Shown here: positions 29,176-38,661 of the stretch, piece by piece
How positions within the stretch are numbered: position 1 is the stretch's first letter
How the letters are laid out: every line of letters begins with the position of its first letter
Virus record (IMG/VR): IMGVR_UViG_2684623189_000006
Strand: one strand, 5' to 3'
DNA from: a virus
Taxonomy: Duplodnaviria > Heunggongvirae > Uroviricota > Caudoviricetes
DNA: 38,661 bases
Notes under the pieces: model-generated
Told to the model about the DNA's origin: nothing
The model's input: only the letters and a program-made list of their open reading frames with translations
Databases searched by the model: none
Made by a program: the position numbers and the translations under genes

Positions 29176-31590
29176 TTAATACAGGTTCCGCCACTTATCA
29201 TCTTCCTGCAAACGCTGGTTCCGATAGAAGATACGCAGGCCTGCTCCTGACGGAATACTGCCACCGCGAAGGAGTAAATCGACCTCTTTCTCGCTGCCAT
29301 CAAATCCTCTTGACTTCAGTTCATAGACGAGCTGCTGACGCTGATACTCTGTAATTCGCTGTTTGTAGTCTTTACGCCGTTTCGGTTTCACCAGGCGTAA
29401 TCTTGCTGCCAGTTCCTGGCGCTCTTTTTTGCTCATACTATGCAGGTAATCGTGCAACTCCTTGTCATCCATACAGGTAATGTCAGTTCTGGTATCCCCA
29501 TCTGTTGATTTATCTTTCTCCTGTTGGTTCAAATTTTCAGCAAGGGGACAGTTATTGCCACGAGTCCAAGGGGCGCAAGCGCCCTGGTCGGCTGCCGCCT
29601 CCTGAACGTCAACGGCCTTACGAACCATTTTCCACTTCACTGCATGAGTACAAATCTTGCCCTCTGCAATGGGTGACCAGATGCCATAAATACGAATACC
29701 GTGATCGCCATAGGCGGTCGGCTCTTCGTTAATTTCATAAGCTGTTCTGATAAGGTGATATTTGCGGGGAACCAGTACGCCGCCCTGCTTCATAATGTAG
29801 GTGGCAAAACAACCAGCATCAGCAGCAGCCAGGATTGCATCAAGGCGCGGGTTATCCAGTACCGGCGCACCTGCTTTTTTGTCCCCCTGTTGCCTTGCCG
29901 CCTGACCAGCCAGCAATCGCAGTTCACGGTAAGCCTGACGCCCCGGAATGCCAAAGAAGCGGAATTGCTGAACACGATGCAGAGACGCCCAAGCATTAAC
30001 GTATTCAGCATTATCACGCAGGGATTTCCCCGTTTCCTTGCTGATCTCGCCAGCCAGACCACGCCCGTCCATGTTCTTACTGATGTATTTCGCGATGTAG
30101 CTTGTTGGCGTACCTTTGCGCGGGTTAATCAACTCAGACTTAAAGCGCGGCCCAGTGTTATTGCCCAGCTCCTCGCGGTCTTCACGGATGGCAAACTTAC
30201 GCAGTAATGCAGTGATGGCGCGGCGGTCTTTTTTGCGCATAAAACACAACAGGTGCCAGTGAACTGTACCGTCATGATGCGGCTCAGCCACCCGCACGCC
30301 ATACCAGCGCAATCCGGCTTTGTGCATCGCCTTACGAAATGCAGCAAACATGCCGACCAGATAATCACTACTTTGTCTTACCGTCGCATTTGTCCAGGTT
30401 GGGTTGGGCCTGCCGTTATTTAGCGTGGAATGGAAACGTGACGGACAGGTGATGGTGTAGAAAACGGCGCAGTCACCGCGCATTTCCGCGATAAGCTCCA
30501 GGCCTTTAACACAGGCCATCATCTCATTGCGGCGATGCGCAGGGTTGCTGCTGCTGGCGTTTACCACATCCTCCATGTCCAGCGTGTCGCCGTCTTCGTT
30601 CACCAGTTCATGAGAACGAAAAAACTCCAGCGACTTACGGCGCTGCTCACGTTTATGCATCACGGCTTCATAGCTGACATAGGGAGATGCTTTTTTGCTG
30701 ACCAGGCAAACAGCACGCAACTGCTCTTCCCGCCATTCGCAACGCATCTTCCATAATTTCCGGTACCACCAGTCGGCGCACAACATACGCGCCAGCGAAC
30801 CCGGAATGAGTTCATAGGGCACGGGTTTACGGCGGTTTCTTTTCCGGCGGAGTTGATCAAACGCAGGCGGGATGACATCCAGACGCAGGGTTTCCGCTGC
30901 CACCTTTTCCCATGTCTTGCGGATTTCTTCTGGCTTAACGTCATCGGTGACATACAAATCGCCACAAGCTGCATCAAGGCACATGCTCATATGCGCAGCG
31001 ACAAGGGTAGACAAGCGTTTCACCTGATCCTGACTCATTTCAGGCAGGATCAGCAGGCCGTCCAGCCCTTCATGGCTTGCCATAAAGCGAAAAGAAGTGG
31101 ATAGCTGACTGTCGCGTACATGCTCCAGTCGTTCCAGACATGGCTTAATCGTCTCACGCAAATAGCGGGAATAAGCCTTTGGCCTGCCTAGGCTGCTGAA
31201 GTATTCAATACGTTGCAACAGCGGCTTGCTGATATGGGAAGGCTGGGCATTGACGTCCGCCAGAATGACCATATCTGGATTAAAACGCTGCTGCTCATGC
31301 GCCAGCTTTGCCCGGCTAATGAGCTTATCCTGCTCCATTTCGCGTTGGACAGGATCACGGGATTCATTAAAGAAATAACGCTCCCAGACCTGATCACTCA
31401 GTGCCTCGCGGCGCAGTTGTTCCTGCTCGTTATCGGCAGCGTACAGAGTGATCAGGTTTGAAAGCGCAGAAACCGGCGCAACTTCCGCCGGGTCCAGATA
31501 AGGGTTAATAGCCTTTTTCGGGCTGTTCCATGAGAATGCTGCGGCGGCCTCGTTAAAGCCGCTGCAGTTGTTCATATCAGCATGGCTCAT
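29176..31590 (-). CDS. A: Replication initiation protein A (rolling-circle nickase)
   Basis: An 804-aa ORF; P2/186 gpA-like sequence and position. Confidence 0.85.
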   Translation of the reverse strand: MSHADMNNCSGFNEAAAAFSWNSPKKAINPYLDPAEVAPVSALSNLITLYAADNEQEQLRREALSDQVWERYFFNESRDPVQREMEQDKLISRAKLAHEQQRFNPDMVILADVNAQPSHISKPLLQRIEYFSSLGRPKAYSRYLRETIKPCLERLEHVRDSQLSTSFRFMASHEGLDGLLILPEMSQDQVKRLSTLVAAHMSMCLDAACGDLYVTDDVKPEEIRKTWEKVAAETLRLDVIPPAFDQLRRKRNRRKPVPYELIPGSLARMLCADWWYRKLWKMRCEWREEQLRAVCLVSKKASPYVSYEAVMHKREQRRKSLEFFRSHELVNEDGDTLDMEDVVNASSSNPAHRRNEMMACVKGLELIAEMRGDCAVFYTITCPSRFHSTLNNGRPNPTWTNATVRQSSDYLVGMFAAFRKAMHKAGLRWYGVRVAEPHHDGTVHWHLLCFMRKKDRRAITALLRKFAIREDREELGNNTGPRFKSELINPRKGTPTSYIAKYISKNMDGRGLAGEISKETGKSLRDNAEYVNAWASLHRVQQFRFFGIPGRQAYRELRLLAGQAARQQGDKKAGAPVLDNPRLDAILAAADAGCFATYIMKQGGVLVPRKYHLIRTAYEINEEPTAYGDHGIRIYGIWSPIAEGKICTHAVKWKMVRKAVDVQEAAADQGACAPWTRGNNCPLAENLNQQEKDKSTDGDTRTDITCMDDKELHDYLHSMSKKERQELAARLRLVKPKRRKDYKQRITEYQRQQLVYELKSRGFDGSEKEVDLLLRGGSIPSGAGLRIFYRNQRLQEDDKWRNLY

Positions 31591-32443
31591 GCACGCACTC
31601 CGTACACGGCAGAACTATCCACGCCACGCGAAGGCTCAAATCCCACCCAGCAGCGCGCCCAGAAACAGCGATGATTTCTGTTGCAGATTTACTCTCACCA
31701 GCTGCTACGCCGATGCTGCGTTTTGCCTTGATGTAGTGGTGAGTAAAATTGCGATACAGCGAACGGATCAGGGATGTGTCACTGTTAGAAACAATGACCG
31801 GATGTCCTTCTGATGACCGATGTTCAAGAACGGATGCCAGGTGATACTGGTCATCTTCAGTGAAGCCGTCAGTGTGATAACCGGAAAACGTGCCGTCATA
31901 CGGCGGATCGCAATACACCACATCCCCCGCCTTCAACATCGCCAGCGTTTCATCAAAGCTGGCGCAGATAAACGTTGCCCGCTGGGCTTTTTCTGCAAAT
32001 GCGCGAATTTCTTTTTCTGGGAAATACGGATTTTTATAATTACCGTAGGGAATGTTGAAATGCCCGCTCTTGTTATAGCGACATAAACCACGGTAACCGT
32101 GACGATTGAGATACAGGAAATATACCGCTTTCATGAAATCAGTAATTTCATTTGAGTAATTAAACTCCTGCCTTATGTTGTAATAAGCCACCTCCCTGTT
32201 TGCTTCCTTAAATAAAACTCTGGCGCGAGATATAAACGATTCACAATCAGCGGCAACCTTTTTATAGAGGTTGATTAAATCAGGATTAATATCCGCAACC
32301 AGATAGCTTGGATAATCCGTCTCCATCATCACAGCACAGGAACCCGCGAAAGGTTCAACCAGTCGCGGGCCAGCAGGAAGGTGTTTTTTCAGTTCGGACA
32401 TAATTGCGGTTTTATTTCCCGCCCATTTCAGGATGGTGCTCAT
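31577..32443 (-). CDS. DNA adenine methyltransferase (Dam-like, D12 class)
   Basis: N-terminal LKWAGNK and DPPY catalytic motifs. Start taken at the ATG at 32443 (MSTILKW), overlapping the upstream stop (ATGA). The 3' end overlaps the A start by 14 nt. Confidence 0.8.
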   Translation of the reverse strand: MSTILKWAGNKTAIMSELKKHLPAGPRLVEPFAGSCAVMMETDYPSYLVADINPDLINLYKKVAADCESFISRARVLFKEANREVAYYNIRQEFNYSNEITDFMKAVYFLYLNRHGYRGLCRYNKSGHFNIPYGNYKNPYFPEKEIRAFAEKAQRATFICASFDETLAMLKAGDVVYCDPPYDGTFSGYHTDGFTEDDQYHLASVLEHRSSEGHPVIVSNSDTSLIRSLYRNFTHHYIKAKRSIGVAAGESKSATEIIAVSGRAAGWDLSLRVAWIVLPCTECVHEPC

Positions 32444-32742
32444 ACAGCACCTCCTGCAATAACATATCCTAAAGCTTCTAATGGGGTTAATGAGCGAATT
32501 GATAGCATCACCCATTGTTCTGAAACTGCCATGACGTCATTAACCGGAAGCACATGAGAGATAACCGCGGCCCATTCCCTACCCGTAAATACGCCATGCT
32601 TCCATTCGCAAAGAGAAAGAACATCACCAACTTTATAGCCACGATCGTCTTTACGAAGTTCAGCCGTCTTTTGACCTGCAACCACAGCGTTGAAATACTT
32701 AGGTGCAATTTTTAATTGATGGATACGCACAGCCCCTGTCAT
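32440..32742 (-). CDS. ASCH/DUF3850-like small protein
   Basis: About 100 aa. Start taken at the ATG at 32742 ([17 protein letters not shown]...), overlapping the TraR stop (ATGA). Confidence 0.5.
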   Translation of the reverse strand: MTGAVRIHQLKIAPKYFNAVVAGQKTAELRKDDRGYKVGDVLSLCEWKHGVFTGREWAAVISHVLPVNDVMAVSEQWVMLSIRSLTPLEALGYVIAGGAV

Positions 32743-32966
32743 ACAGCACCTCCGTTGTAATGTTTGCCTTTCAGCTCTGCGATTTCCTGACAGGTAATGC
32801 AAAGCTGCGCTCCTGGAATGGCGCGGCGGCGTGCTGGCGGAATTGGCGCTTCACATTCAATGCAAAGCACGCGAGACACGCCCGGTGTTTTGGCACGGGC
32901 AGCACGGATATGGCGCTGGCGTTCTTCTTCAACGCGCTGCTGTACGAGATCCATTGCATCAGCCAT
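32739..32966 (-). CDS. TraR/DksA-family C4 zinc-finger protein
   Basis: A 75-aa ORF with [26 protein letters not shown] (C-x2-C...C-x2-C). Confidence 0.8.
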   Translation of the reverse strand: MADAMDLVQQRVEEERQRHIRAARAKTPGVSRVLCIECEAPIPPARRRAIPGAQLCITCQEIAELKGKHYNGGAV

Positions 32967-33199
32967 TAGTGGATCTCCTGCGCTTCGTTCTGGATTGCTT
33001 CAGCGGTCACACGCAGCAGTTCTGCCGCTTCGACGTGGTTTAGCTGGCGGGATGTGATATGACACGCAAGACTATCAAGGCTGGCAGCCATTGCTTCAGC
33101 CCTTGCCCGGCGTTCTTCCAGACGAGCCTCTGTCAGTAAAATATTAAGCCCTGCGTCATCCGGTCCGGTTTTAGTCGTGAGGGTTTCAATATTACGCAT
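32966..33199 (-). CDS. Hypothetical early-region protein (77 aa)
   Basis: ATG at 33199 preceded by an AGGAGA Shine-Dalgarno; helical, acidic protein. Confidence 0.55.
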   Translation of the reverse strand: MRNIETLTTKTGPDDAGLNILLTEARLEERRARAEAMAASLDSLACHITSRQLNHVEAAELLRVTAEAIQNEAQEIH

Positions 33200-33266
33200 A
33201 ATCAATTCTCCTGAATTTAGATAAAGGGATGCCCGGCGGGTTTACGCCATTAATTTCATTAGCTGG

Positions 33267-33608
33267 TTAATTCGGCATGGTTAGCCGTCTGGGAAATAAG
33301 CTCACCACTGCACGAAAATGATTCATTGCTTTAATCAACTCCCGCTTTTCGTCAGTGGTCAGCTCATTAATGCTGATGCTATGACGTTCAGCTGGAATTT
33401 TTGCCATAAAGAATATGGCAGCCAGTGCCCGTTTATTTTGTTCGCTATTGATATCCCGTGGATCACGCATATCTTTAATAAACCGCTCAAGCTCTGACTC
33501 AATATTCAGGCCAAAAACTTTCGCCCTTAACTCCGCAATGTGATTAAGTCCATTCAGGCGTTCACCGGGGCTTAATGGAACAGTCGCCGCAGCGCCATTA
33601 ATTGCCAT
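33267..33608 (-). CDS. Hypothetical early-region protein (113 aa)
   Basis: ORF in the early rightward operon; no family recognised. Confidence 0.55.
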   Translation of the reverse strand: MAINGAAATVPLSPGERLNGLNHIAELRAKVFGLNIESELERFIKDMRDPRDINSEQNKRALAAIFFMAKIPAERHSISINELTTDEKRELIKAMNHFRAVVSLFPRRLTMPN

Positions 33609-33630
33609 AATTCATATCCCCAAAACGCAA

Positions 33631-33855
33631 CTATCGTTCTTTGTTCTTACGGTAACGTTCAAGAGGAGATACATTTTTTCGTATCGTCTCTTTAACCTGC
33701 TCTCCCCGTAAAAACGTCCCATCCTTTAGCGTGAAAAAGTAACTGCCATCGCCCGACAACGACGGATAACAACAGAGCAAATCATCTTCAGGTACTGAAT
33801 AACTCTCCCCTCTGTAACGAAACTGATAAACCACTTCACTTTCCGCTGCATACAT
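33631..33855 (-). CDS. Hypothetical early-region protein (74 aa)
   Basis: Protein-like composition. It overlaps the 3' part of the upstream ORF in another frame. Confidence 0.45.
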   Translation of the reverse strand: MYAAESEVVYQFRYRGESYSVPEDDLLCCYPSLSGDGSYFFTLKDGTFLRGEQVKETIRKNVSPLERYRKNKER

Positions 33856-34022
33856 TTTGACTTTCTCCGTTTCCCCGTGGTCAATTCAGACAGCAATTCA
33901 TCTTGTGAACGGCACGGATGCCAGCGTTTACCATCCTCACCCATGATCCAGCCGTGACCGTAGTGCATTGCCGGGCTTTGTTTTACCAGCAGCGATGCAA
34001 ATGATGGTTCTTTCGTCAGCAT
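33726..34022 (-). CDS. Hypothetical small basic protein downstream of cII (Fil/Dhr position); 3' part doubtful
   Basis: ATG at 34022 overlaps the cII stop. The N-terminal 60 aa look protein-like; the C-terminal part overlaps the 74-aa ORF. Confidence 0.35.
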   Translation of the reverse strand: MLTKEPSFASLLVKQSPAMHYGHGWIMGEDGKRWHPCRSQDELLSELTTGKRRKSKCMQRKVKWFISFVTEGRVIQYLKMICSVVIRRCRAMAVTFSR

Positions 34023-34029
34023 AAGCACC

Positions 34030-34557
34030 TCACAGCAAACCGAATGAAGCACCGAGGCCAGTCACGGTATCAACTGCACTCGCCATCGCAGGATTAGCCT
34101 GTAAACGGGCCTGCAATGAAACAGCCGCCAGCGCCATCAGTCGTGTTACAGAATTAATGCTGCTGATGGCATCACGACGACCGGCACTGGTTTTTACATC
34201 GCCAGATACCGCACCTGCAGCAACACGCCCGATCTCTGCGGTTGCACTCATGACGTAATGTGGCAGTTTCTCTTTTGCCACCTCATTAATCGGTACACAT
34301 GGCAGACAATGAATCTGTGCCAGAAAACCATCTACCAGCGTTGAATCTTCAGTCAGATCGGTAAGCAGCCAGATTTCTGGTGCGGTTAATAAATGAGGTT
34401 GAGCTGGGTTCAGCTTGTTCCGCAGAATCTGCACATTCATGCCAGCACGTTCTGCCAGTTGCACCAGGTTGTGGCGCAATGCGAATGCACGACAGGCTTC
34501 ATCAAAATGTGGATGTTTGGAAACTTGGTAATCAAACATATTCGACATCTCTGACAT
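34030..34557 (-). CDS. cII: CII-like lysogeny establishment activator
   Basis: Matches coliphage 186 CII as I recall it ([23 protein letters not shown]...[28 protein letters not shown]...). The start may be the internal ATG at 34539. Confidence 0.8.
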   Translation of the reverse strand: MSEMSNMFDYQVSKHPHFDEACRAFALRHNLVQLAERAGMNVQILRNKLNPAQPHLLTAPEIWLLTDLTEDSTLVDGFLAQIHCLPCVPINEVAKEKLPHYVMSATAEIGRVAAGAVSGDVKTSAGRRDAISSINSVTRLMALAAVSLQARLQANPAMASAVDTVTGLGASFGLL

Positions 34558-34571
34558 AACCCAAAATGGAA

Positions 34572-34793
34572 CTAGTTAATGCTCAAATTGCATTCAGCGA
34601 GTGCATCAACAGTCATTGCTGCGATATTGATCATCACCTTTTCTCGCTTTTTATCCTTACGGAGACGATGGCGAATAAGACGTCCATCAGCCAGCATGTC
34701 ATTGATGGTGTCGATAGATAAGCCAGTCAGTTCGCTGTATTTCTCAATAGAAACAGATGGAACAGCTAAGGTGATTGAAATATGTGGAGTCAT
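34572..34793 (-). CDS. apl: Apl/Cox-like excisionase and switch regulator
   Basis: A 73-aa HTH protein (EKYSELTGLSIDTINDMLADG). Its ATG at 34793 has a GAGGA Shine-Dalgarno, and it is the first gene of the rightward operon, divergent from cI. Confidence 0.7.
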   Translation of the reverse strand: MTPHISITLAVPSVSIEKYSELTGLSIDTINDMLADGRLIRHRLRKDKKREKVMINIAAMTVDALAECNLSIN

Positions 34794-34918
34794 GATGCAA
34801 GATTCCTCGATTAACATGATGCGTGGTAACTGGTGATTAACACCGTCAAGTTCACTTTCTCACACATTAATTCTTCATTTGAGAAGTGTCAACTCAATAT
34901 TACTCAAAGGCGTACTAG

Positions 34919-35797
34919 ATGAATTTCAAAAACGGAGGACAGGCAGTCATAACGCGCATGCTTGAAGCGTATGGATTCAAGACGCGGCAAGCCCTATGTG
35001 AACAGTTCAATGTATCTGCAAGTACTATGGGAACGCGCTGGATGCGTGACGCATTTCCTGCTGACTGGGTAATTCAGTGTGCAATTGAAACAGGAGCATC
35101 TATAGAGTGGCTCTCATTCGGAAAAGGCGTGCCATTTCCTAAGAATACCGAAGTTCCCGCTAAATTAGAGGAACCAGCATCATTGGTTCAATATGTTCCC
35201 AAAGCCACCACCAACGAGAACCCAATTGTGAACCATCCAAATCTGGATTCAGGTGGACGTAATGCGATAAACAGGCTAATGGAAGCGTATGGCTTTAAAA
35301 CAAGACAAGAACTTGCCGACCATTTGAATGTGTCTAAAAGCACAATGGCGAATAGATACTTGCGAGACACATTCCCAGCTGACTGGATCATAAGATGCTC
35401 GTTGGAAACAAGAACTTCTCTTTTATGGTTAGCAACTGGGCGCGGGCAAAAACTTGGAAGCGAAGAAAGTGAAGCTTTAGAAATTCCTAAAGTAAAACTT
35501 ATTGACAATCAAATTTTCGATGCTGGTCATTTATTGATAGATAAGTCCCTGCTTCCTCATTTTAATGATTTACTCGCAATTGAAGACGAACATTGCATAA
35601 ATATTGCACACATGAATAAAGCTAATGTTGAAGACGGAAGATGGATTGTTCAATACCAAAATAATTTCAAGTTAAAACAAATTTTTCTATTACCTGGAGG
35701 CAATCTTCGAGTAACAGACGATGATTTAACATTTGATTGTGAAAAAGAAGATATAAAATTAGTTGCCAAAATTTTCTCACAGTACCGTACTATTTAA
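34919..35797 (+). CDS. cI: CI-type immunity repressor (186 CI family) with tandemly duplicated N-terminal DNA-binding domain
   Basis: Two about 60-aa repeats (MLEAYGFKTRQ...ETGASIEWLSFGKG and LMEAYGFKTRQ...ETRTSLLWLATGRG) followed by a 186-CI-like C-terminal domain. Confidence 0.75.
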   Translation: MNFKNGGQAVITRMLEAYGFKTRQALCEQFNVSASTMGTRWMRDAFPADWVIQCAIETGASIEWLSFGKGVPFPKNTEVPAKLEEPASLVQYVPKATTNENPIVNHPNLDSGGRNAINRLMEAYGFKTRQELADHLNVSKSTMANRYLRDTFPADWIIRCSLETRTSLLWLATGRGQKLGSEESEALEIPKVKLIDNQIFDAGHLLIDKSLLPHFNDLLAIEDEHCINIAHMNKANVEDGRWIVQYQNNFKLKQIFLLPGGNLRVTDDDLTFDCEKEDIKLVAKIFSQYRTI

Positions 35798-35812
35798 TCT
35801 TGAGGCATAGTA

Positions 35813-36841
35813 ATGGATTTTATAAAAAAACTCGAATTTGGAAATTATACTCTCCGTTTTGGTGATGATGTTTTGCTAGACTATTATGATGAAATTGTTT
35901 TCCCCTCTTTTTTGGAGATGGCAAACATCCGCAGAATATCTGACAAATCAGAGTTCTTTTTCATTGATACTGAATGCGTCATACTTGACGAAGAAGCAAC
36001 ACCCCCAGTACTCGGAATTAAAGGTCGGATTATTAAGAATACATTATTAACCAGAGAACAAGTATTTGATGGTGCTGATTTGGTTGAAGATCATCAAGAG
36101 CTTGAAACAGCCCCGAGCTCTTTCTTTCTTCTAATATTAAACACTCACAGATTAATTCTTTGCAAGGAAGTTAGTGGTGCTCCCACAATTCAAAACTTTC
36201 AGTCAACAAGTCAGTGTTTCTTAAACATAGAATATGAAAAATACATATCTCATTTATACGAAACCGCACAAGAAGAACGCAAAGAAAACCCTGACTTACC
36301 TCGAGTCACTAAAAAAAGCTTACGGAACGAAATCAAACGCCCGAAGCTAAGAATAACGCCGTTAACTGACAAACAAAGCCTAGAGCAATTTATTGATAAT
36401 TTTAATAAAATCCAAAATGTCTCAGTAAAACTTCTCCCTACAAATCAAGAAGAAATTGATAACGACGAATTTTGGGAGTCACTTGAAAGTGCCGGAGACG
36501 AAATGGGAAGTATTTCTACATCTATTCGCTTTTCAAACACCGATTCAGGCTTGAATCATGGTGCTGTTTTAGAACAACTCACATCAGCAACCAGATTGGC
36601 TAATTCAGGAATAAATATTAAAGGATATGATGACAATGGTGATATAATCAAAGGTAGCAATGATGACTTTGTTTTGTTAAGTGAGATGAATGAATTATCA
36701 AAGGATACGGTAGTAGCTGCAAATGAAAGTTATGAGCGGTATGAAAATCTTGTAGAAGAAGGTAAGATATCTCTACCCCGTTCTCTTTCACAAAAGACGA
36801 TTAGAATTATTAGCAATATATATGAAAGGTTTGGTCGATGA
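35813..36841 (+). CDS. Hypothetical protein (342 aa), AT-rich cargo gene 1 between cI and int
   Basis: Low-GC ORF with a GAGG Shine-Dalgarno and no recognisable family. Its stop overlaps the next start (ATGA). Confidence 0.6.
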   Translation: MDFIKKLEFGNYTLRFGDDVLLDYYDEIVFPSFLEMANIRRISDKSEFFFIDTECVILDEEATPPVLGIKGRIIKNTLLTREQVFDGADLVEDHQELETAPSSFFLLILNTHRLILCKEVSGAPTIQNFQSTSQCFLNIEYEKYISHLYETAQEERKENPDLPRVTKKSLRNEIKRPKLRITPLTDKQSLEQFIDNFNKIQNVSVKLLPTNQEEIDNDEFWESLESAGDEMGSISTSIRFSNTDSGLNHGAVLEQLTSATRLANSGINIKGYDDNGDIIKGSNDDFVLLSEMNELSKDTVVAANESYERYENLVEEGKISLPRSLSQKTIRIISNIYERFGR

Positions 36842-37518
36842 TAAATAAAATAGATGCTAAAGAAATAACCAAAGAGAAAAACCTTTGGGATGTTTACTTG
36901 CTCTGCAAACGGATTACTATTAGTACATTCCATATTTGTATTTTGCTCACAGCATCTATTTTTTTATTAACAAACTCTTTTTTTATTGAGAAGGATATGT
37001 CTCATTTAGTATCTGACATTAGAAACTGGGCTTTGATTGGTTTTAACTTTGCAGTGACAACCTTAGGTTTTCTCATTGCTGGTTTCACAATATTTGCAAC
37101 ACTATCCAAACCCGAGATGTTTCTTCAGATGATGTCAATACAACATAAAAAAACACAGATGCCCACGTTAAAATATAACTTTATGGCATTTATGAAAGTT
37201 TTCATCTCATTTATTACGTTTACTTTCATTTATCTAATAATAATTCTCTTTTGTCAAAAAGATGGAATAATTGGCAATATAATTGATTTATTTCCATATT
37301 CAAAATCGATAAAAGAATTAATTATTAAATTTGGATACTGTGTTATAGGGACTAGCCTTATTTACTTAGTGTTAGTAGTAAAGACATTTATTTTTAATAT
37401 CTACGCTATCATAATGAATAATATTCGTTGGGAGTTATACATTAAAAGAAAAGAACAAAGACTTTCCAGTAACAAAGAGACAATCAATAAAAACATAGAT
37501 GTAACTAAAATGCATTAA
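36838..37518 (+). CDS. Hypothetical integral membrane protein (226 aa, about 4 TM helices), AT-rich cargo gene 2
   Basis: Four long hydrophobic segments; translationally coupled to the upstream gene. Confidence 0.6.
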   Translation: MINKIDAKEITKEKNLWDVYLLCKRITISTFHICILLTASIFLLTNSFFIEKDMSHLVSDIRNWALIGFNFAVTTLGFLIAGFTIFATLSKPEMFLQMMSIQHKKTQMPTLKYNFMAFMKVFISFITFTFIYLIIILFCQKDGIIGNIIDLFPYSKSIKELIIKFGYCVIGTSLIYLVLVVKTFIFNIYAIIMNNIRWELYIKRKEQRLSSNKETINKNIDVTKMH

Positions 37519-37555
37519 ACACATAACATATGTATAGTTATCCAATCATCATACA

Positions 37556-37583
37556 TTGACACTGTATAAAAAAACAGTATAAA
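37556..37583 (+). promoter_or_regulatory. Sigma70-like promoter with embedded LexA box upstream of int
   Basis: TTGACA (37556-37561), a 16-nt spacer and TATAAA (37578-37583). The spacer contains CTGTataaaaaaACAG (CTGT-N8-ACAG). Confidence 0.5.
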
Positions 37584-37608
37584 TGCTCTCCACTGGAGGG
37601 CATTTTTT

Positions 37609-38661
37609 ATGGCAGTACGAAAACTCACCACAGGGAAATGGCTTTGCGAATGTTACCCCGCCGGACGAAGTGGGCGTCGTGTGCGTAAACAATTCGCCAC
37701 CAAAGGCGAAGCTCTGGCTTTTGAGCGTCACACGATGGAAGAAACCGAATCAAAGCCCTGGCTGGGCGAATCAGTGGATCGTCGAACCCTGAAAGACGTG
37801 GTTGAGCTATGGTTCAAATTACATGGTAAATCTCTGACTGCTGGACAGCATGTCTATGACAAATTGCTGCTGATGGTTGACGCTCTAGGCAATCCTCTTG
37901 CAACCAATCTCACCTCTAAAATGTTTGCCCACTATCGAGATAAACGCCTGACAGGTGAGATCTACTTCAGCGAGAAATGGAAGAAAGGAGCCAGCCCGGT
38001 CACCATTAACCTGGAGCAAAGCTATCTAAGTAGTGTTTTTAGCGAACTATCCCGCCTGGGCGAATGGTCGTATCCAAACCCACTGGAGAACATGCGAAAA
38101 TTCACCATCGCAGAAAAAGAGATGGCATGGCTTACCCATGAGCAGATTGTTGAACTGCTGGCTGATTGCAAACGTCAGGACCCAATTCTGGCACTGGTAG
38201 TCAAGATATGCTTAAGCACAGGCGCACGCTGGCGAGAAGCAATAAATCTTACCCGATCACAGGTGACTAAATACCGAATTACCTTTGTAAGAACGAAGGG
38301 GAAGAAAAACAGAAGCATCCCTATCAGTAAAGAGCTTTATGAAGAGATCATGGCGCTTGATGGGTTCAATTTCTTCACAGACTGCTATTTTCAATTTTTA
38401 TCCGTGATGGAAAAAACGTCTATCGTGCTCCCTCGCGGTCAACTCACACACGTTCTGCGCCATACGTTTGCGGCGCACTTCATGATGTCGGGTGGAAACA
38501 TTCTGGCCTTACAAAAAATTCTCGGACACCACGATATAAAAATGACTATGCGTTACGCACATCTGGCACCGGATCATCTAGAAACGGCGCTCCGTTTCAA
38601 TCCTCTGGCAACGCTGCCAAGTGGCGACAAAGTGGCGGCAGCGGTTGGCATTACCCCGTAA
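37609..38661 (+). CDS. int: Tyrosine recombinase / integrase (P2/186 family)
   Basis: A 350-aa ORF with the C-terminal catalytic region ...LSTGARWREA...HVLRHTFAAHFMMSGG...LGHHDIKMTMRYAHL (R...HxxR...Y) and a GGAGGG Shine-Dalgarno. Confidence 0.9.
   Translation: MAVRKLTTGKWLCECYPAGRSGRRVRKQFATKGEALAFERHTMEETESKPWLGESVDRRTLKDVVELWFKLHGKSLTAGQHVYDKLLLMVDALGNPLATNLTSKMFAHYRDKRLTGEIYFSEKWKKGASPVTINLEQSYLSSVFSELSRLGEWSYPNPLENMRKFTIAEKEMAWLTHEQIVELLADCKRQDPILALVVKICLSTGARWREAINLTRSQVTKYRITFVRTKGKKNRSIPISKELYEEIMALDGFNFFTDCYFQFLSVMEKTSIVLPRGQLTHVLRHTFAAHFMMSGGNILALQKILGHHDIKMTMRYAHLAPDHLETALRFNPLATLPSGDKVAAAVGITP

Larger units (their letters stand above)
2780..38661. mobile_element. P2/186-family prophage, incomplete in window (integrase-distal end near 2.8 kb; integrase-proximal att site beyond window end)
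   Basis: Contiguous syntenic P2-like gene set from ogr through Q, a cos-like site, gene A, a 186-like cII/apl/cI switch and a tyrosine integrase. Confidence 0.9.

Noticed and set aside
1-38661. CRISPR arrays, tRNA/rRNA genes and IS elements.
   Set aside because: By eye I found no regularly spaced direct repeats, no tRNA-like cloverleaf regions and no transposase-like ORFs. The only mobile DNA is the prophage itself and its invertible segment.

Overview
The window holds a short chromosomal segment of an E. coli-type host (grxA, ybjM, ybjL; 1-2620) followed by an almost complete P2/186-family temperate prophage running from about 2.8 kb to the window end. Read left to right the prophage is: ogr, tail genes D-U-T-E/E'-FII-FI, a Cin/Gin-type invertase with an invertible tail-fibre segment, G-H-I-J-W-V-S-R, the lysis cassette, head genes L-M-N-O, the divergent terminase P and portal Q, a cos-like site, cargo, replication gene A with a dam/ASCH/TraR early cluster, cII-apl, a divergent cI, a two-gene insertion, and int. 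The other attachment site lies beyond the window. Three cargo loci are not explained by the conserved phage backbone and are the main candidates for an undescribed system: (1) a three-gene operon between cos and gene A, in the position where P2 carries old/tin, encoding a DEDDh-type 3'-5' exonuclease, a HipA/PI3K-like kinase and a HIRAN-like protein; (2) an AT-rich, translationally coupled pair (342-aa soluble protein plus 226-aa four-helix membrane protein) inserted between cI and int; (3) two small ORFs between the portal gene and cos. Other notable points are a CI repressor with a tandemly duplicated N-terminal domain, perfect LexA-box motifs in front of int and of a small ORF, and three TGT-N12-ACA late-promoter motifs. 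All functional calls rest on reading motifs and gene order from the sequence; no database search was run.
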